Source: Vicugna vicugna
Lineage: Eukaryota
Direction: 5' to 3'
Length of the DNA: 64,000 nucleotides
NCBI GenBank assembly: GCA_013265495.1
Contig: MU057744.1
Span: forward strand, 2,865,370 to 2,929,369
Shown here piece by piece: positions 12,621 to 26,895 of this stretch (the first letter of the stretch is position 1; each line of letters starts with the position of its first letter). Made by a program: the position numbers and the translations under genes. The notes below the pieces were generated by a model, which was not told the DNA's origin, searched no databases, and saw only the letters and a program-made list of their open reading frames with translations.

Positions 12621-12879
12621 CTTCCGGGCCCTCCTCCCCCACCTCCACCCGTCTGCCCGGGGCCCCCACTCATCCAACTGCCCGACAGTGGCACTGGGCT
12701 GCAAAACACTGAGTGGCTCAGGTGACAAAACCCCTAGTATTTGGAAGGGAAATGGTAATAGGATCAATAACCGGGCATTCATTTTTGAGAATTCAGGAGC
12801 TCATTCAGCAGCATTCAAGGTCCTGGAGTTGAGCAGTGGACGTGACAGCAGTCCCAGAAGACAGAACATGGACAAATGA

Positions 12880-13680
12880 AAAATAGACGTGCATTTGGGG
12901 CAGTGATGAGTGCCACAAAGACAGATCATGTGGGGTGAACACAGAGGGCTGCTGGAGACAGAGCCCTGGCAGCGAGGACGGCCAGGGGAGGAATTCCTAG
13001 GGACACAACATTTGAGCATAAGTGTAAGGTAAGTCAGGAACCAGCCCTTTAAATATCTGGGGGAAGAGCCTGTAAGGCAAACAGATTAGTGGCCATGAAT
13101 CTAGAGGATTCTAGGAAAGTCAGAATGACAACTGGGGTGGAGGGAAGCAGGAAGTACACAGGGTGATAGAGGTGGGGATGCAGGCAGGGGCCTGGGCTGG
13201 GTGAGAAGGTGTGCTGTTCTGCGTGTGACAGGAAGGCATGGAGCGCGATCTCGTGTGGACCTGCTGCTCTGGGCACTGTGCGAATTACGAGGAGACAGAC
13301 CTGGAAAACAGCTGGTGTGTCAGGGGACTACCGGACAGAGGAAGGAGCGAGGAGGAGTCAGATTCAACACGCGTCCTCAAGATCAAGCTGAAAGACGGAC
13401 AGGGAGTACGTCCTGGGGTTCCAGAAAACGACTGAGATAAGAGAGGACACCTAAGTGTCACAGCAAAGAAGCTGAGCGAATGGCAAAGTTTCTCCAGGAC
13501 GGGAAGCACTGCAGGGCATGTCGAGGGAATGGGGAATTGGGGACAAGAGCTCAAGCTGGCAGACGCTGGGTTTCAAATACCATTGCACGTCTGGGCGCAC
13601 GGACCCAGGGCGCATCCAGAGTCTAAGTGGGAACTGGGATCTCGAGCCCAGAGGCGGCAGGGATGAGATGGGGCATGACA
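12880..13680 (-). mobile_element. L2 remnant
   Basis: Purine-rich antisense-L2 pattern, e.g. ACATTTGAGC..., ATATCTGGGGGAAGAGC, GACAAGAGCTCAAGCTGG. Confidence 0.6.
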
Positions 13681-14544
13681 GGCCCCTGTCCAAGCTTGGT
13701 CCTCTTAACAAACTGCCTTTTTTCTACCTAAGGGACTTCGATTCGGATAGCTGATGTCAGCCAGTCCCGGTTCTGGGTTTGACTTATGTATACCATAAAT
13801 AGAACATTTTCTAGTCCTGGGTTTTCCAGCCAGAGACAGAGGAGGGCATGGTCCCTTGCACCCACCACTGGCCTTGCCTGGTCCTCACGGCGTCTTGCTG
13901 GAATGCCGTGGCCCCGTTCTGCTGTTGTTCAGCCTGGAGGAATGTGGTGCATGGACTGCAGGCTGATGCTGTGGCAGCTGGATGGGAGGGTGATGATGTT
14001 AAGATGTCAAGAATTTGGTGGTGCTGACCCCCAGGACACCCAGCTGTGCCCTCCAGCTGTGAAGTGCCTGTCGTGGGCGTCAGGAGTTAATAAGCAGAGG
14101 CCGGCTGGAGGAGAAGGCCCCCCTGGCACCCGCCAGCCCACTTCCAGCCCCCAGCCAGCCTGACGTGGTCCCCAAAGACCATGGCCATTCCAGGAGCAGC
14201 CCAGCACTGTGGGTTCTCTAGTGCTGACCAATTGCCAGGAAAAGTTTCTCTGAGATTAGTGTAATGAAAAAGACACACGCGCCATCCTAGGAGAAGAGAA
14301 CTCATACTTGATCCAAGCAAACACGTCTGGAGTCTCCACCCCCTGGGCAGCGCCACAGCCCAGGTACACGGGCGGCGGGCACCTACTTGACGCGGTCTGC
14401 CGCAGAACGTCCCTCAGGTCTGCCTCAAATGACACTGGGCAGAGCCCGCCCTAGGGGTGCCGTGACCCCTAGACGTATGCTAATACCGTGAAAGTGTCTC
14501 CATTAAAAAAAAAAAGCCACTTGTTCTATCATTTATAATCCAGC

Positions 14545-14850
14545 AGTGAATCCATTAATGTAACAAACAGTTACTGAGCACCTATTACATACCAGGCTTT
14601 GTTTAAAACACTGGAGAAAAACAGTCAAAAGGCAGAATTCCTGCGCTGGTGGAACTTCTTTTCCAGTGAGGGGTGACAGGCATTAAACATGAGAAATAAA
14701 TAAATCATGTACTACATAACATGAGACAAGAAAGCAGAAGAGGGGATAGGACTGGGGGGCGGGGGGAGCTGTGACCCGGCATGCAGAAGCCGGGGGTTGG
14801 GCCTCACTCAGCTGGCAACACCTCAGCAGAGACCTGAAGCCGGAGCTGCC
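14545..14850 (-). mobile_element. L2 3'-end remnant
   Basis: AACAAACAGTTACTGAGCACCTATTACATACCAGGC is a typical reverse L2 terminus. Confidence 0.7.
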
Positions 14851-16014
14851 ACGTACGTTCTGCTCAGGAAGCTGCTCTCAGCGCCCGAATGGGGATTTGG
14901 CCGTCCTCTTCTTTTTACGCCTTATTTATTGAGGTGCATTTTGCGCGTGGTGTGGTGCGGTGCAGGTTGATCACGCTGCTTGTAAGATGTGGAATGAAAC
15001 GACGCCATTCTGGGGCCGTGTGAGAAGAGCTACGGCCGTGGCATAGGTGCTGCGCGCTGTGTCAGGGGGACACCTGGACTCGGTCACCGCCCGTTGTGGG
15101 AGGACGGCGCACCCGAGGGTGCTCCTGAGCTGGCAGGTTCTGTTGGATGGGAAGCCTTTGGCGGCAGAGACAGAGAGCAAAGAAGCAGAGTGGCAGCTGA
15201 TACCTCCGGTTCCGCCGGCCCAGAACGGTCCCGTTCCTCAGGACCTGCCCCCTCCTAGGACCCGGCCCGCGGTGCCCTGCTGGCAGCGGCCGGGTGCCGT
15301 CCTGGCGGAGCGGGCAGCCGGTCTTGCGGCTCAGGCTGGGCGGTCTGAGCCTCCCTCCAGGGGTCTGGGTTCAGGGTGTCTCTGCGCCTAAAAGGGAGGG
15401 CGCAGAGAACCTGGAGCTGAGGACACCATGCACTTTTAGGAGAGGACCTAGTCCATCAAGTGGGAAGAATAAAACTGATGTGCAGAGAGAAAAAAAGGTA
15501 TAGAGACCAGGTACCTGCAGAGAGAACGGGCTGAGACAGTCCCGCCCCTCAGAGGCTGCCCAGCCCAGCCCCAGCCCCTCCGAAGCCCAGCGGCGCAGCC
15601 TGCTCTGCGCTGGCTGGGACATCCCTGTGTCTTTAATAAACACATCCACGGGCTCTCAGGTCATAATCCTCCCCTTTCATTTATTTTCTTAAGATATTTG
15701 TAGGTTTTTTTCCCCCAAACTTACAAATGACAAAAACATGCATAAAGCCAGGAACGAAACAGGGCTTCGGTCAGCGACTCACTCATCTATCTGAACAGAC
15801 TGCAGTGGTTCCTAGAGGCAGTGAATGAAGAAAGTACAATGAAATTTCTTGCCAGATGGAGGATGGCTCAAAGGTCTGACATGACAGAGAAAGCAAAACC
15901 GAGAGTAACGGCCAGAAAAGCTAATTACCTCCTTAGCAGAGGAAAAGTCATTTACATATTCTGCTTTACAGTGATTTGTCTGCCAAGGTCAAAGTTGTCA
16001 GCTGTAGTGTTTAG

Positions 16015-16164
16015 TTTTTTAAATTTTTTAATGTATTAATTTATTTGTTTGGTTGAGGGGTAACTAGGTTTAGTTATTTATTTAATGGAGGTGCTGGGGA
16101 TTGATGGAACCCAGGACCTCGTGCGTGCTGGGCACACGCTCCACCACTGAGCTAGACCCACCCC
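16015..16164 (-). mobile_element. Vic-1-like tRNA-derived SINE
   Basis: The reverse complement has a tRNA-Ala-like head (TAGCTCAGTGG..GAGGTCCTGGGTTC) and an AT-rich tail, matching four other copies in the window. Confidence 0.9.
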
Positions 16165-16357
16165 TAGCCGGGGCATTTCAGACCATGGATGATTTAATCA
16201 CCATCTTTTACAGTTGAGATTTGCATGTTTTTGAGGTAAAAGGAGAGGGTTTCTAAATGCATCCTTAATTACAAAGTTCAAAACCAGAAATTGGTACATT
16301 TTCAGCCATGTTCATGACTAAACCCCAGAGCCATTTCAACATCATTAGTCAGAGAAG

Positions 16358-16535
16358 CAGTGGTCTAGGGTAATTCTCAGATCTGAGGGAGATTCTGGGC
16401 AGGGTGGTTAAGATGCTGTGAACACCTCTATGTTTGGACTCAACACATCGGATAAGCAGCCAGAAGTCTACGTTTTTAACAAATTCTCCAGTTGACTCTG
16501 AGGCTGGGGTCCCTAAACCAAGCCCTGGGAATTCT
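16358..16535. mobile_element. MER5-like hAT-Charlie DNA transposon remnant
   Basis: CAGTGGT start and TCTACGTTTTTAACAAATTCTCCAGTTGACTCTGA resemble the recalled MER5 consensus. Confidence 0.55.
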
Positions 16536-17339
16536 TGATCCCAAGTAGGCAGCTGGGGGCAGCCGACTGGTCACCGGCCTGCGAGTCAGAAGTCACGACT
16601 TTTCCGAGGCTGTTTGTTCAGACTAAGAAACACTAATTCAAAAAAAGAAAAAAAGAAAGAAAGAAATGCTAGTTCTAGCCATACCCATTCCAGTTATTGT
16701 CAAATCAAAACAAATAATTTTTCTGACAGAATAAAATGAACGTCAATATTAAAGTCACTGACTCTGATTGGCTATTTGCTGGTCACCATCTACGCGGCCA
16801 GTCCCAAGAGTGAAGACGGTCTCATTCCACGGGAAAGCACTCTGATTATCAGAGCGCTCCTGAGCTGCACTGTTGGCAGGGAGGAATCAGACTGCAAGGC
16901 CCAGTGTTCGCAGGGCTATTAAAAAACTCTGTTTTGATAAAAACTGGGTTTCCTTTCTCAAGACCCCATTCTTTCCCCTTGGCCAAGGGCTAACAGAATC
17001 ATGACATTTCCAGTTATTCTTTTCCCGTTTGGTTTAAAAATTCGTTTCCTCTGAGGAAATCTTCCATCAAGGTCAAGTGTTATCTCCATCACTATCCACC
17101 GCTGGCTCTCGGCCGGGCCAGCATCTGTCCACAGGCCCCCGCAGGGCCCCATGCAAACCCAGAGGGAATCCCCACATCTCTAGTGAGAGGGCTGTCTTTC
17201 CGCAGGGTAGCCCCTCGTGATGGCAAGAAAGTGACCCCCTCTTCCAGGCTCTTTCACAGGCTGCCTTAGGCCTGCTGGAAACCTAGGAATCTCTGCCGGA
17301 CTGAGCGCGTCAGGGCATAGCCATGTTTTAAATGAAAAT

Positions 17340-17990
17340 TGGATTTTGTTAAAATTAAGACTTCTCCTAATTAAAAGATGTAATTAAAAACTGAAATGGC
17401 AAGGCATAGCCTGGAAGGAAGTTTTCACAATCTGCACACATGACAGTGGGTGGGTATCCAGAATACACAAATAATCCACAAAAAGGAATCAAAACAAAGT
17501 GTTGTGTCTAGAATATGTGAAGAATTCCTACAAAGGCATAATACATTAAAAACACTATTAAGTGGACAAAATATTTCAAAAGGTACTTCTCCGAAGGAGA
17601 TATATGAATGGCCATAATGTGTCCAATATTATTAATCATCAGGGAAGTAAAAATTAAAACCAAAGGGAGACACCATTTGTCTACCACTCAAATGACTAAA
17701 ATTTAAGAAGAGGTCAGTGGAGCAATGGGAACACACTTGCTACCTTGGAAACCTTCCTGGTTTTGTGTTTCTCTCTTCCTTTATTCAGGTTTTTAATTAC
17801 ACATACATCTACCAGATCACCTGCAGTTTCACTCCCAGTATCTACATGTGAGAAGTGAAAACACAGGTCCACAAAAACAGCCGCACTAAAATGTTCATAA
17901 CAGCACAAACCTGGGAACAGCTCAGTTTCCATCCGCAGACCCAAGGACTGACAGGCTGTGGTACGGCCATTCACGGCAGGACTGCTCAGA
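17340..17990 (+). mobile_element. Old L1M (L1ME/MC-like) ORF2 3' remnant
   Basis: Degenerate matches, e.g. TTAATCATCAGGGAAGTAAAAATTAAAACC and AATGTTCATAACAGCAC. Confidence 0.75.
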
Positions 17991-18246
17991 TTTTTTTACC
18001 TGAACTAAACTAGCCCCTTCAGAACGTTTCTTAATAACAAAATGGAGTCTAGCGATTTTGCAGAAGGGAAGACTAACAGGTATCCAATGTAAGCACCACA
18101 AGTAATGGGGCCAAGTGACACCTGGAGCCTCCCACCAGGATGCACTGGCAGGGGCGCGTCGTCGCCCCCACGACACTCCTCCCCAGACGCGCAGCCGGTG
18201 TCTGATACGCGGGGGTCTCAGGCCGCCCGCGTGCAGGACCGCCAGA

Positions 18247-19981
18247 CTATTTCGGGTAGTGTGACCATTTTAACAGTATTAATTTTTCCAGTCCACGAGC
18301 ATGGGTACATCTTTTCACTATTTGTGTCTTCAGTTTCTTGCGTCAATGTCTTACAGTTTCCGGTGTGCATGTCTTCCACTCCTTGACTAAATTTACTCCT
18401 AGGTATTTTATTCTTTCTGATGCAATTGTAAATGGATCTTTAAAAAGTTCGCTTTATGACAGTTTGTTATCAGTGTATAGAAATGCAACTGACTTTTGTA
18501 TATTAATTTTGTATCCAGCAACTGTTTTGAATTTGTTTACTCGTTCTAACAGGTTTGATGTCATCTTCAGGGTTTACTGTATATAATGTCATGACATCTG
18601 AAAACAAATCTGAAAATCTTTCCGACCTAGACAGCTGGCTTGCCTTGCCTGCTTTCTCTGGCTGGGACTTCGGCGCCCTCCTGAATACAGTGGTGAGAGT
18701 GAGCGTCCTTACCTTGTTTCAGTTTCTCGCTGTTGCGTGTGCTGTAGGCCGTGGGCCTCCCTGAAGTGGCCTGCTCCACTGAAGCTCGTGCCCTTTGATT
18801 CCCACTTTGTTGAGAGTTTTTTTGTTGTTGTTGTTGGTGTTGGTTTTTTTTGAGAGTTTTTATCACGAGATGATGTCGAAGTCTGTCAAATGCTTTTTTG
18901 CATCTATTGAGATGATCATACGATTTTTTTAGCCTTCGTTTTGTTGCTGTGGCGTATCACATTGACTAACTTGTGAATGTCAAACCGTCCTTATGTCTCT
19001 GGAAAAAGTTCCACTCTATTATGGCGGACGGTCCTTTGAATATACAGTTGAATTCTGCTTCCTAACGTGTGGTTGGTGCTCTTTGTGTCCATGTTCCTCG
19101 GGGACGTCTGCCTGTGACTCAGTTTCCGTATGGAGTCCTTGGCTGGCTCTTGTATCATGGGAGTGCTGGCTTCGTCAAGCGAGTGTGGAAGTGTTTGCTA
19201 CTCTTCTGTTTTTGTAAGAATTTGAGGGTTGGTGTTAATTCTTCTCCGACTGTGCGGTAGAATCCACCAGGGACGCCATCTGGTCCTGGGCTTTTTCATT
19301 GTTCACAGGCTTTTGATTGCTGACTCCGTCTCCTCGCTGGTAAATGGTCTGTTCAGATTTTCTGTTTCTCCGTGGTTCAGGCTTGGAAGACTGTGTGTTT
19401 CTCGGTGTTTATTCACGTCTGCCCGTTTGCTCATCTGTTGGTTTGTAACTGTTCACAGCCGTTCTCGTGATCCTTTGTGTTTCTGCGGTGTCAGTTGTAA
19501 TGGTTATTTTCTTATATTTTCAAAAAACAAGCTCGTAGTTTAATTCATCTTTTTATCGTAGTTTTGGCCCCGTGTTCGTGTACTTCTGCTCTGATCTCTC
19601 TTTCCTTCCCTCCTTCTGCTAATCTCGGGCTTCACTTGTTCTTTTTCTTGTGCCTTGAGGTGTAAAGTCAGGTGGTTTCTTTGAGCTCTTTTTCCTTCAT
19701 GTAGACATGACTGCTATGCCCTTCCTTCTTCTAACCACTTTTGCTGCATCCTGGCAGCACTGATATTTTGTATTTCTGATTTCATTTGTCTTGATATTTT
19801 TTTACTTATTCTTTGACCCTTTTTTCAGTAGTATGTTGTTTAATCTCCACATATTTGTGCCTTTTCCAGTTTTCTCCTTGTAATTGATTTCTAGTTTCAT
19901 GTGATTGGGGTCAAGAAAATGCTTGATATGATTTCAAGTTCCTTAAATTTATTATGACTTGTTTTGTGGGCTATCATATGA
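18247..19981 (-). mobile_element. Older L1 ORF2 internal fragment
   Basis: 18247-18720 is collinear with the L1 at 1765-2270 (e.g. AGAAATGCAACTGA..TGTATATTAAT); it continues into upstream ORF2 sequence. Confidence 0.9.
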
Positions 19982-22900
19982 AAATGCTACATTTTTTCAT
20001 TTTTTATCAGTTAGTCATTCATGCATCTTACTCAATATGAAAGAAGCTACATTTAACTTTCTCCATCCTAAATTAGAGACCAGCATTGTGAACTTTTTAG
20101 TCCGTCTCATATTTTTTTTATCAAGTCATTTTACAACATTTGGACTGATAGAGCTCACAGGTGAAGCTTTGCATTTGGCTGCAATGGAATACTGCAGTCC
20201 CACATTGGAAAAGATATGTCTTTTAAAATAAAACACATTTCTTGGCATCATATTAGTGTGTTCAGTCTTGGTGTTTGACACGAAAGATATTCAAACTAAA
20301 GGCGAGGCCGCTCTGATCCAGCAGGTCTTTTGCACCACGTGTCAGACACCATCCACAGGTGTTTGTGATTTAAAGGAGTGCAGCCCCTGAAGATGACCGT
20401 GGCCGTCACGTCTAACTAGGCCACTTAGGGAGTAAGAGAGGTCAGACTTTGTTAACTGGTTCTTTACACCTGGATTCTTCCACACAATGTAGATAATAAA
20501 ATAGGTTTCATTTGAACAAGGTCAAAAATTTGTTTCCTGTTAAACGACAAACAAACGCAGGAGGAGATTCTCTGTTTTCACTGTCCCTTCCTTTCACCTT
20601 ATTTGTTGCCCTGTGAGGCTACGGCAGCTGGACCCTGAGGGAGAAGCCGAGAGACCGCTGCGGACGCGGGGCCGACACTGGGACATCACTGGCGTGCTGA
20701 GACAAAGCTGGGCCTGGCTTCCTCGCTGCTCTTGTCACGGGGGGTCCGTACTGAGCCGCGGCCAGCTGTTTGCTGTTTGCATCCCTACACAGTATCTTCA
20801 CTGATCTCCTTAATGCACCCCCATATACCAACTTCTTCAGGAATTCTCTTTGTGAAGTAAGAATTCACCCACGCCTCACGGCCCTCCTGTTTGTGTGTGA
20901 GTGAATTTGGCTTTTACTCTGCTCCAAACAGACCTGCCAGTAAAGATAAATTTGAAAGGCGCTCACTTTGTCTTCTTTCCAGTTTACCAGCTGTGTTCTT
21001 ATAACCGAAACACCCTTTTATCTCCCCCTTTGGTCTTGAATAAAGCCCCCCTTCCCATGGCTGAAGCGAACCTGTGTGTCTGAGGCCGTTCGGTCCCTCC
21101 CCTGAGTGTCTCTGTTCCGGACGCGCTGCACAGCTGGCGGACGCGGACTCCCTCACGCATGTACATCCTCTGCTCCGTCCTCACATTAGTCCGCGCTCGT
21201 TTTATTATGAAACAAACGGCCCAGGGTCATTCTGCTGTCCGTTTCCACGCCTCTCAAAAATCCCTCAGTGATTTATGTTCCTTCTTCACACGTAACCTCC
21301 TTTACCCAGGAGCCTGCTCACCTTAAAGTCTGCGGTTCATTTCCTGCTGCCAGATGCAGTCCTTCTGTTTGTCGTCCTCGTCCTTAAGTGCGGACGCAGT
21401 TGAACGCCGTCTCAGCCGGAGAGCGTCTTCCTCCCTCAGCCCCGTGAACCACGATACAACCCTCCCCTTCTGTGTCTGACCACCCCTGCGACTTCCTCGC
21501 TGGCTTTCCCCCTTCCCTCCGCTAACCATCTGCAGCCCTGAGTTCTTCCGCTGACATCCGTCTCCCCTCCGGGGCCTGCATCCATGCTCACTGCTAAGAC
21601 GCCGTCTTGAGGGAGATGCTGCTGGGCTGGGAGCTGGATCGGAGCCCTGAACTCAGTTCACAAGCTCATCTCTCAATTTCCCTGGACCTCAGTGTTTCAT
21701 TTGCCAGTGATGATCAGGTGTCTTTACGACAAGTGCCAGTTCTAACGCATTAGGTTGCTGCCGAGATCTGCATCCCTGACCCTTCCTACCGCCGTTTTCA
21801 CCTGGGGTCCCACCTGCTTTTTAAATCAGTGTGAGCAAGTCAAGCACCTCCTCTTCGCCTCCCAGCGTATCCCCTCCGGTCGGCGCCATCATTGCTTCTT
21901 CCGCTCCGAGTCTCCTCCATGACTATAGTCTCTCCTTTCTGTCTTAATTTTCATCAGTTATAATTTTTATCATGGTACCTCACTCATCTAAATACGTGAT
22001 AAACTGCATTTTATTTAAGACGTTAAAGGTAACTCCTGTTTTCTCACATTCAGTTCCCTTTTTTAATCGGGCCCTAGCATACCTGCAAAATGTTTTCTGC
22101 TGCCTGCCTTTATTCTCTGCACTTCTAAATCCAATTCCTTAAAGGTCTGGGGAAGAAAATCTCATGTTTGTCCCTTTTGTCTGTAGCTCTGCTTGTATAG
22201 TTCTCCTTTGGAAATTTTCTCCAGTTTCTCTAGCCCTCCAAATAATGCTCATTTTCAAAAGCCTCCCTCCATGAAGTCTTCTCAGAAGGACCCTCGCCTG
22301 CAGTCATTTCACTCTCTGGAATCCTATTCAGTTAATGATCCGCGTGTCCCAGATCACTGCCATTGCTCAGATCTTAGGATTCATCTGCGTAATGTGTTTG
22401 TGGTTTGCTAATCGTCTCCTGTGGGTGAGTGAGCACCGTCCAGTTTCCCCAAAGGCATCCTGGGAGAAGCTCCGTGCCTTTTGTCTCTACTGCTTGTCGG
22501 GCAGGACGTCAGCCGTCAATCCAGATTGACACGATGATTGAGATGAAAGCTGAGACCCGACCCCCAGCCAGCCCTACTCTGCAGCTTCTTGTTGAGCGTA
22601 GTAAACAGCCTCAGAAAATACTCGCTGAGTCGCTGTGATCATCACAGATGCTGTGACTCTGAGGGGAGCAGGGAGATAATCATTCAACTGAGGCATTTGG
22701 AGTTCCTTTTTCTCAGAGACCAAGCTTAGAGGTAGAGACACAACGCAGTGAGCAGCAGCGGCTTCCCATGCTGTACGATTCGTCAGCGTCTTCAGGATCT
22801 CACAGATCAGGTCTGTGTCAGCTTGCGGCTCATTGGGCAGCATAGCGGTGCCTCCGTCCTGTCACACACGCTGCGTAAGTTGTCCATGGACGCTAGACCA

Positions 22901-23475
22901 CTTGTCCTATTCGGCGAGTGAATGAAGGTGTGGAAAAGTAAACGTCACGGCCTTGAGAATTCTTAATTGCACAAATATGATATACTTCAAGTTGAGGATT
23001 CTTTTTCATCTTCTCTCCACGTTCTTTTCTTATTCGTACTGACCTTGATATAAACGTAGCACAGGTAATTTTTATATGAGGCTCCATTAGCCTGCATTTG
23101 AGACGTATCACCCATGGATACATTGGGTTTTGAAAACAAAAATTACCTGTGATGATAAAAGGAGAGCTTTCATTTCTGTTTACCCGTCGTGGGAAGGAGG
23201 TAAATATGAAAATGAGGTAAACTCAGGCTGTTCGGTTCACGTGGCCACAGGGAGAGCAGGAGAGGGGGTCAGCACAGCGAAGCCCTCAGCACCGGGAGTG
23301 GGCGGCGGCTCAGACCTGTCCGTTCACTGTCTCGGAGCGCCACAGCACTGTTTTTAATCATGGAGTGCAATTTGGATACCTAATGGGGCTGTGGGAGCAA
23401 ATGGAGCTTAAGTGAATGTCAGATCAACGGTCTTAGAAAATGAACTTTCCTGAGAAGCAAGCTACAATATAAAAG

Positions 23476-23596
23476 TGTGTTTATTCATTTCAACAAATAT
23501 TTGTTGACGCCTGTTCTGTGCTCTACGTTCTAGTAAGTGCTGTCGATGGGGAACATTAGCAAGACGGATCTCGGCTTTACGAATTTCAAAGTCTGA
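23476..23596 (-). mobile_element. L2 3' tip, interrupted by L1
   Basis: TTTATTCATTTCAACAAATATTTGTTGA is the reverse L2 terminus. Confidence 0.65.
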
Positions 23597-24492
23597 TACG
23601 AATGGCCATTAGGCACATGAAAAAATGCTCAGTATTGCTAATTATCAGAGAAGTGCCAATCAAAACTACAATGAGGTATCACCTCACACCAGTCAGAATG
23701 GCCATCATTCAAAAGTCCACAAATGACAAATGCTGGAGAGAAGGGAACCCTCCTCCACTGCTGGTGGGAATGTATTTTGATGCAGTCACTATGGAAAACA
23801 GTATGGAGATTCCTTAGATAACTGAAAATAGACTTACTCTATGATCCAGCAATCTCAGTCCTGTGCATATATTTGAAGGAAACTCTAGTTCAAAAGGACA
23901 CATGCACCCCAATGTTCATAGCAGCACTGTTTACAACAGCCAAGACATGGAAGCAACCTGAATGTCCATCCACAGATGACTGGATAAAGAAGTTGTGGTA
24001 TTATTTCTACAATGGAATACTACTCAGCCATCAAAAGGAATGAAAGACTGCCATTTGCAGCAACACGGATGGACCTGGAGATCGTCATTCTAAGTGAAGT
24101 AGGTCAGAAAGAGAAAGAAAAATACCATATGATATCACTTATATGTAGAATCTAAAAAAGAAAAAAAGAAAAAAGACACAAATGATCTTATTTACAAAAC
24201 AGAGACAGACTCACAGACATAGAAAACAAACTTATGGTTATCAGAGGTTATAGGAGGTGGGAAGGGATAAATTGGGAATTCAAGATGTGCAGAGACTAAC
24301 TATTATATATAAAATAAACAGCAAGTTTCTTCTGTTTAGCACAGACAACTGTACTCAATATTTTGTAGTAACTCATAATTTAAAAGAATATGAAAAGGAA
24401 TATACGTATGTACATGTATGACTGAAACATGCTGTGCACCAGAAATTGACACAACATTGTAAACTGACTATACTTCAATTTAAAAGAAAAAT
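23597..24492 (+). mobile_element. 5'-truncated young L1 with 15-bp TSD
   Basis: [20 protein letters not shown] (L1 ORF2 C-terminus), full 3' UTR and A-tail. TSD AATTTCA(A/T)AGTCTGA at 23582-23596 and 24493-24507. Confidence 0.96.
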
Positions 24493-25655
24493 AATTTCAT
24501 AGTCTGAGAAAATAAATCTTAAATTATAATGTGACATGTATTACGGGAAAAATATAAAACAGAAACTTATCAAAGGAGGTAATAAAACTGAAGCTGAGAA
24601 GCTTCCTTCTAAACACAGGTGGGATTTGAACCAAGCACTCATCCATGAGTGAGCACGTCAAAGCGCGCTTACTAACATGCTTGTAGTGGCCCGGATATGT
24701 TGCAAAATCGTTCATGATGCAGTTACTGTTACCAGTGGGCCAGGTCCGTGTCTTTTGCTCAGTATGTGATTGAAATGTGTTGAAGCTGTGAATCCCACTT
24801 TGGATGAACCTCTCCAGGGAGGTTCACAAGGCCCTTACCCTCCTCGGTTTCCACTGCACGTGTAGCATGAAGTGGGAAAAGTTAGTGCATTTGATTGCAT
24901 CGTATATACATAGAGCACAGTGTGGCTCTCAAATCAGTTTAACGTGTTTTCACAAGAAAAAAACGTGTACGAGCAATTAGCAGGAGCAGCACATCAGGTT
25001 TGGACTCCCTGGAGTGTAGGAATTTGTGAAGTGTAGGAATTGAATCTGTTATCGGAAGGCTGAACTGAAACACCAGGTTTGTCACAGGGAGCTCTGAGAG
25101 CCCGAGCATCACTGCGCCTTCTTGTCCCCGAAGCGATGTGGTGACTGCACTGTGGGCTGTTGTAAGACCTGAGAGAGAGGAGGAAAGAGAGACGGATCGC
25201 ACGTACCTCGTTTTGCATGTCGCTGCAAAGGTAAAGATACTATTGCTTTTCACGTCCTAAAACCTGATGCTGTTGTTTAAAGTGGATTGATTGGTTTGCA
25301 TGATACAGAGATCACAAGTTTTCTTCAGTTAGTAAAATATTATACTCTAGGTAATTCTTTTTGTCAAATACTTGAAAGACAACTTGTTTAAAATTGGAGA
25401 CGTGAGATTAGCATCAGTGGAGTGGACTGTTTTTACTTCTGAATAACAAAGGAAGCAAGTAAAACATTTTTGAATCGTTCTCCAGTACTTTATAAACATC
25501 AGTACTTTCGGCATTCAAGTTGAAAAAAGAACTTATGAGTGCACCTCGCCTAAAAAGCTTATGCAGAATGTCAGGATATGGACATGAAAAAGGAACAGAC
25601 TGGACTGGGAACTAAATTTTATTCTGAGACTCCATTTAAGACGTAGTAATATACC

Positions 25656-25707
25656 ACACACCAGAAATGGACACATTGTAACTGACTACACTTCAATTTT
25701 TTTAAAA
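25656..25707 (+). mobile_element. ~50-bp L1 3' tip
   Basis: CACCAGAAATGGACACATTGTAACTGACTACACTTCAATTT matches 24437-24481. Confidence 0.85.
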
Positions 25708-26895
25708 GGCATAATAATAGATATCCCAATATTGATCAATTTCTAAACTAAGAAGTTTGGGGAAAAAACCCACCTACTCAGTTCTACTCTGAAATTTAGG
25801 AATAGATAATATGATTCACATTCCTGGCATTCAACACTCTGAAACCCACATGCTTTTGATACTGGCTCAGACCTCTTTGCATTCAAGACCCGTATGCTTT
25901 TGCATAGAATTAATAATTCTCACATTCTCCCTGAGTGGGCGGGAAGCACAACAGTGCTTATGCACCTCATACAGGGCTGGCAAGACACCGCTGTCGTGTT
26001 GTCCAAAGCCACAGAGGCTGTGGCCAAGACTCCAGCTGATATCGGAAATGCAGTTCAAACACAGTCATTATGGCTCTAAGAATTCTCCGTAACCGTAATC
26101 GTCTTAAAATAAAAATGATGTAATTAAAATTTTCCTGAATAAATATGTTCATAAAACAATTTTCTTAGCTGGGAAATCAAGTTATGCTTGAGCTCAGCAA
26201 TTCACAGTAGCGGCAACAGTAGAAGTGAAAATTTTTGATCACAATACCAAAATTAGAAATTTAGTATTTTATTCCTATTCCAAATATTAATTGAAAGCCT
26301 TTTATCTGCAATTCCCCCAGCTTCAAAGAGTAAAAACACAGAAACTTATATAAACCTTATGAATTTTAGGGTCAAGTTTGGAGATAATGCTTTTGCACAA
26401 AGAAAGATAAAATCAGTGACAGTGGTAACACGGGTGATTAAATTTTCAGGGTGCTTACCGCGTGACAGGCAGCCCCGGGTGTTTCTACGACATTGTATTG
26501 TTCAATCCGTACGTCTGCCTTTTAAAGTAAATAAACCTCCATATTCCAGTAATCCAGATGAAGCTGCAAGCTCAGGAGGTCACCGTGGTCTGACCAAGGC
26601 TGTAAGGCTAGTCTGCTGTGGAGCGCGCCAGCGTTCAAGACCAGGTCTGCTGGATGCAGTCTTGCTTTATTTTCTCATTAGAGCGTGAGACATATTTACC
26701 GGAAATGCTATTAGAAATTAAAAGAATGAGCGAGGTGGTTTGGTTACCTAGGCCTGAATCAAACCCTTACAAATAGATAGGAGGCAGGCATGGAAGGCAT
26801 TCTGGGTGGGGCCAAGCTTGAGCAAAACTGGGAAGCCCTTCCCTCCACCCCCACGAGTTGACTGAAGCTCCTTAGGGCCCCTCTGCACACAAGTG

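Noticed and set aside
17445..17535. Two similar segments (TATCCAGAATACACAAA.. and TGTCTAGAATATGTGAAG..)
   Set aside because: An old internal duplication within a decayed L1; no sign of function.
25013..25041. Direct repeat AGTGTAGGAATT x2 as an array
   Set aside because: Only two units; a local duplication, not CRISPR-like.
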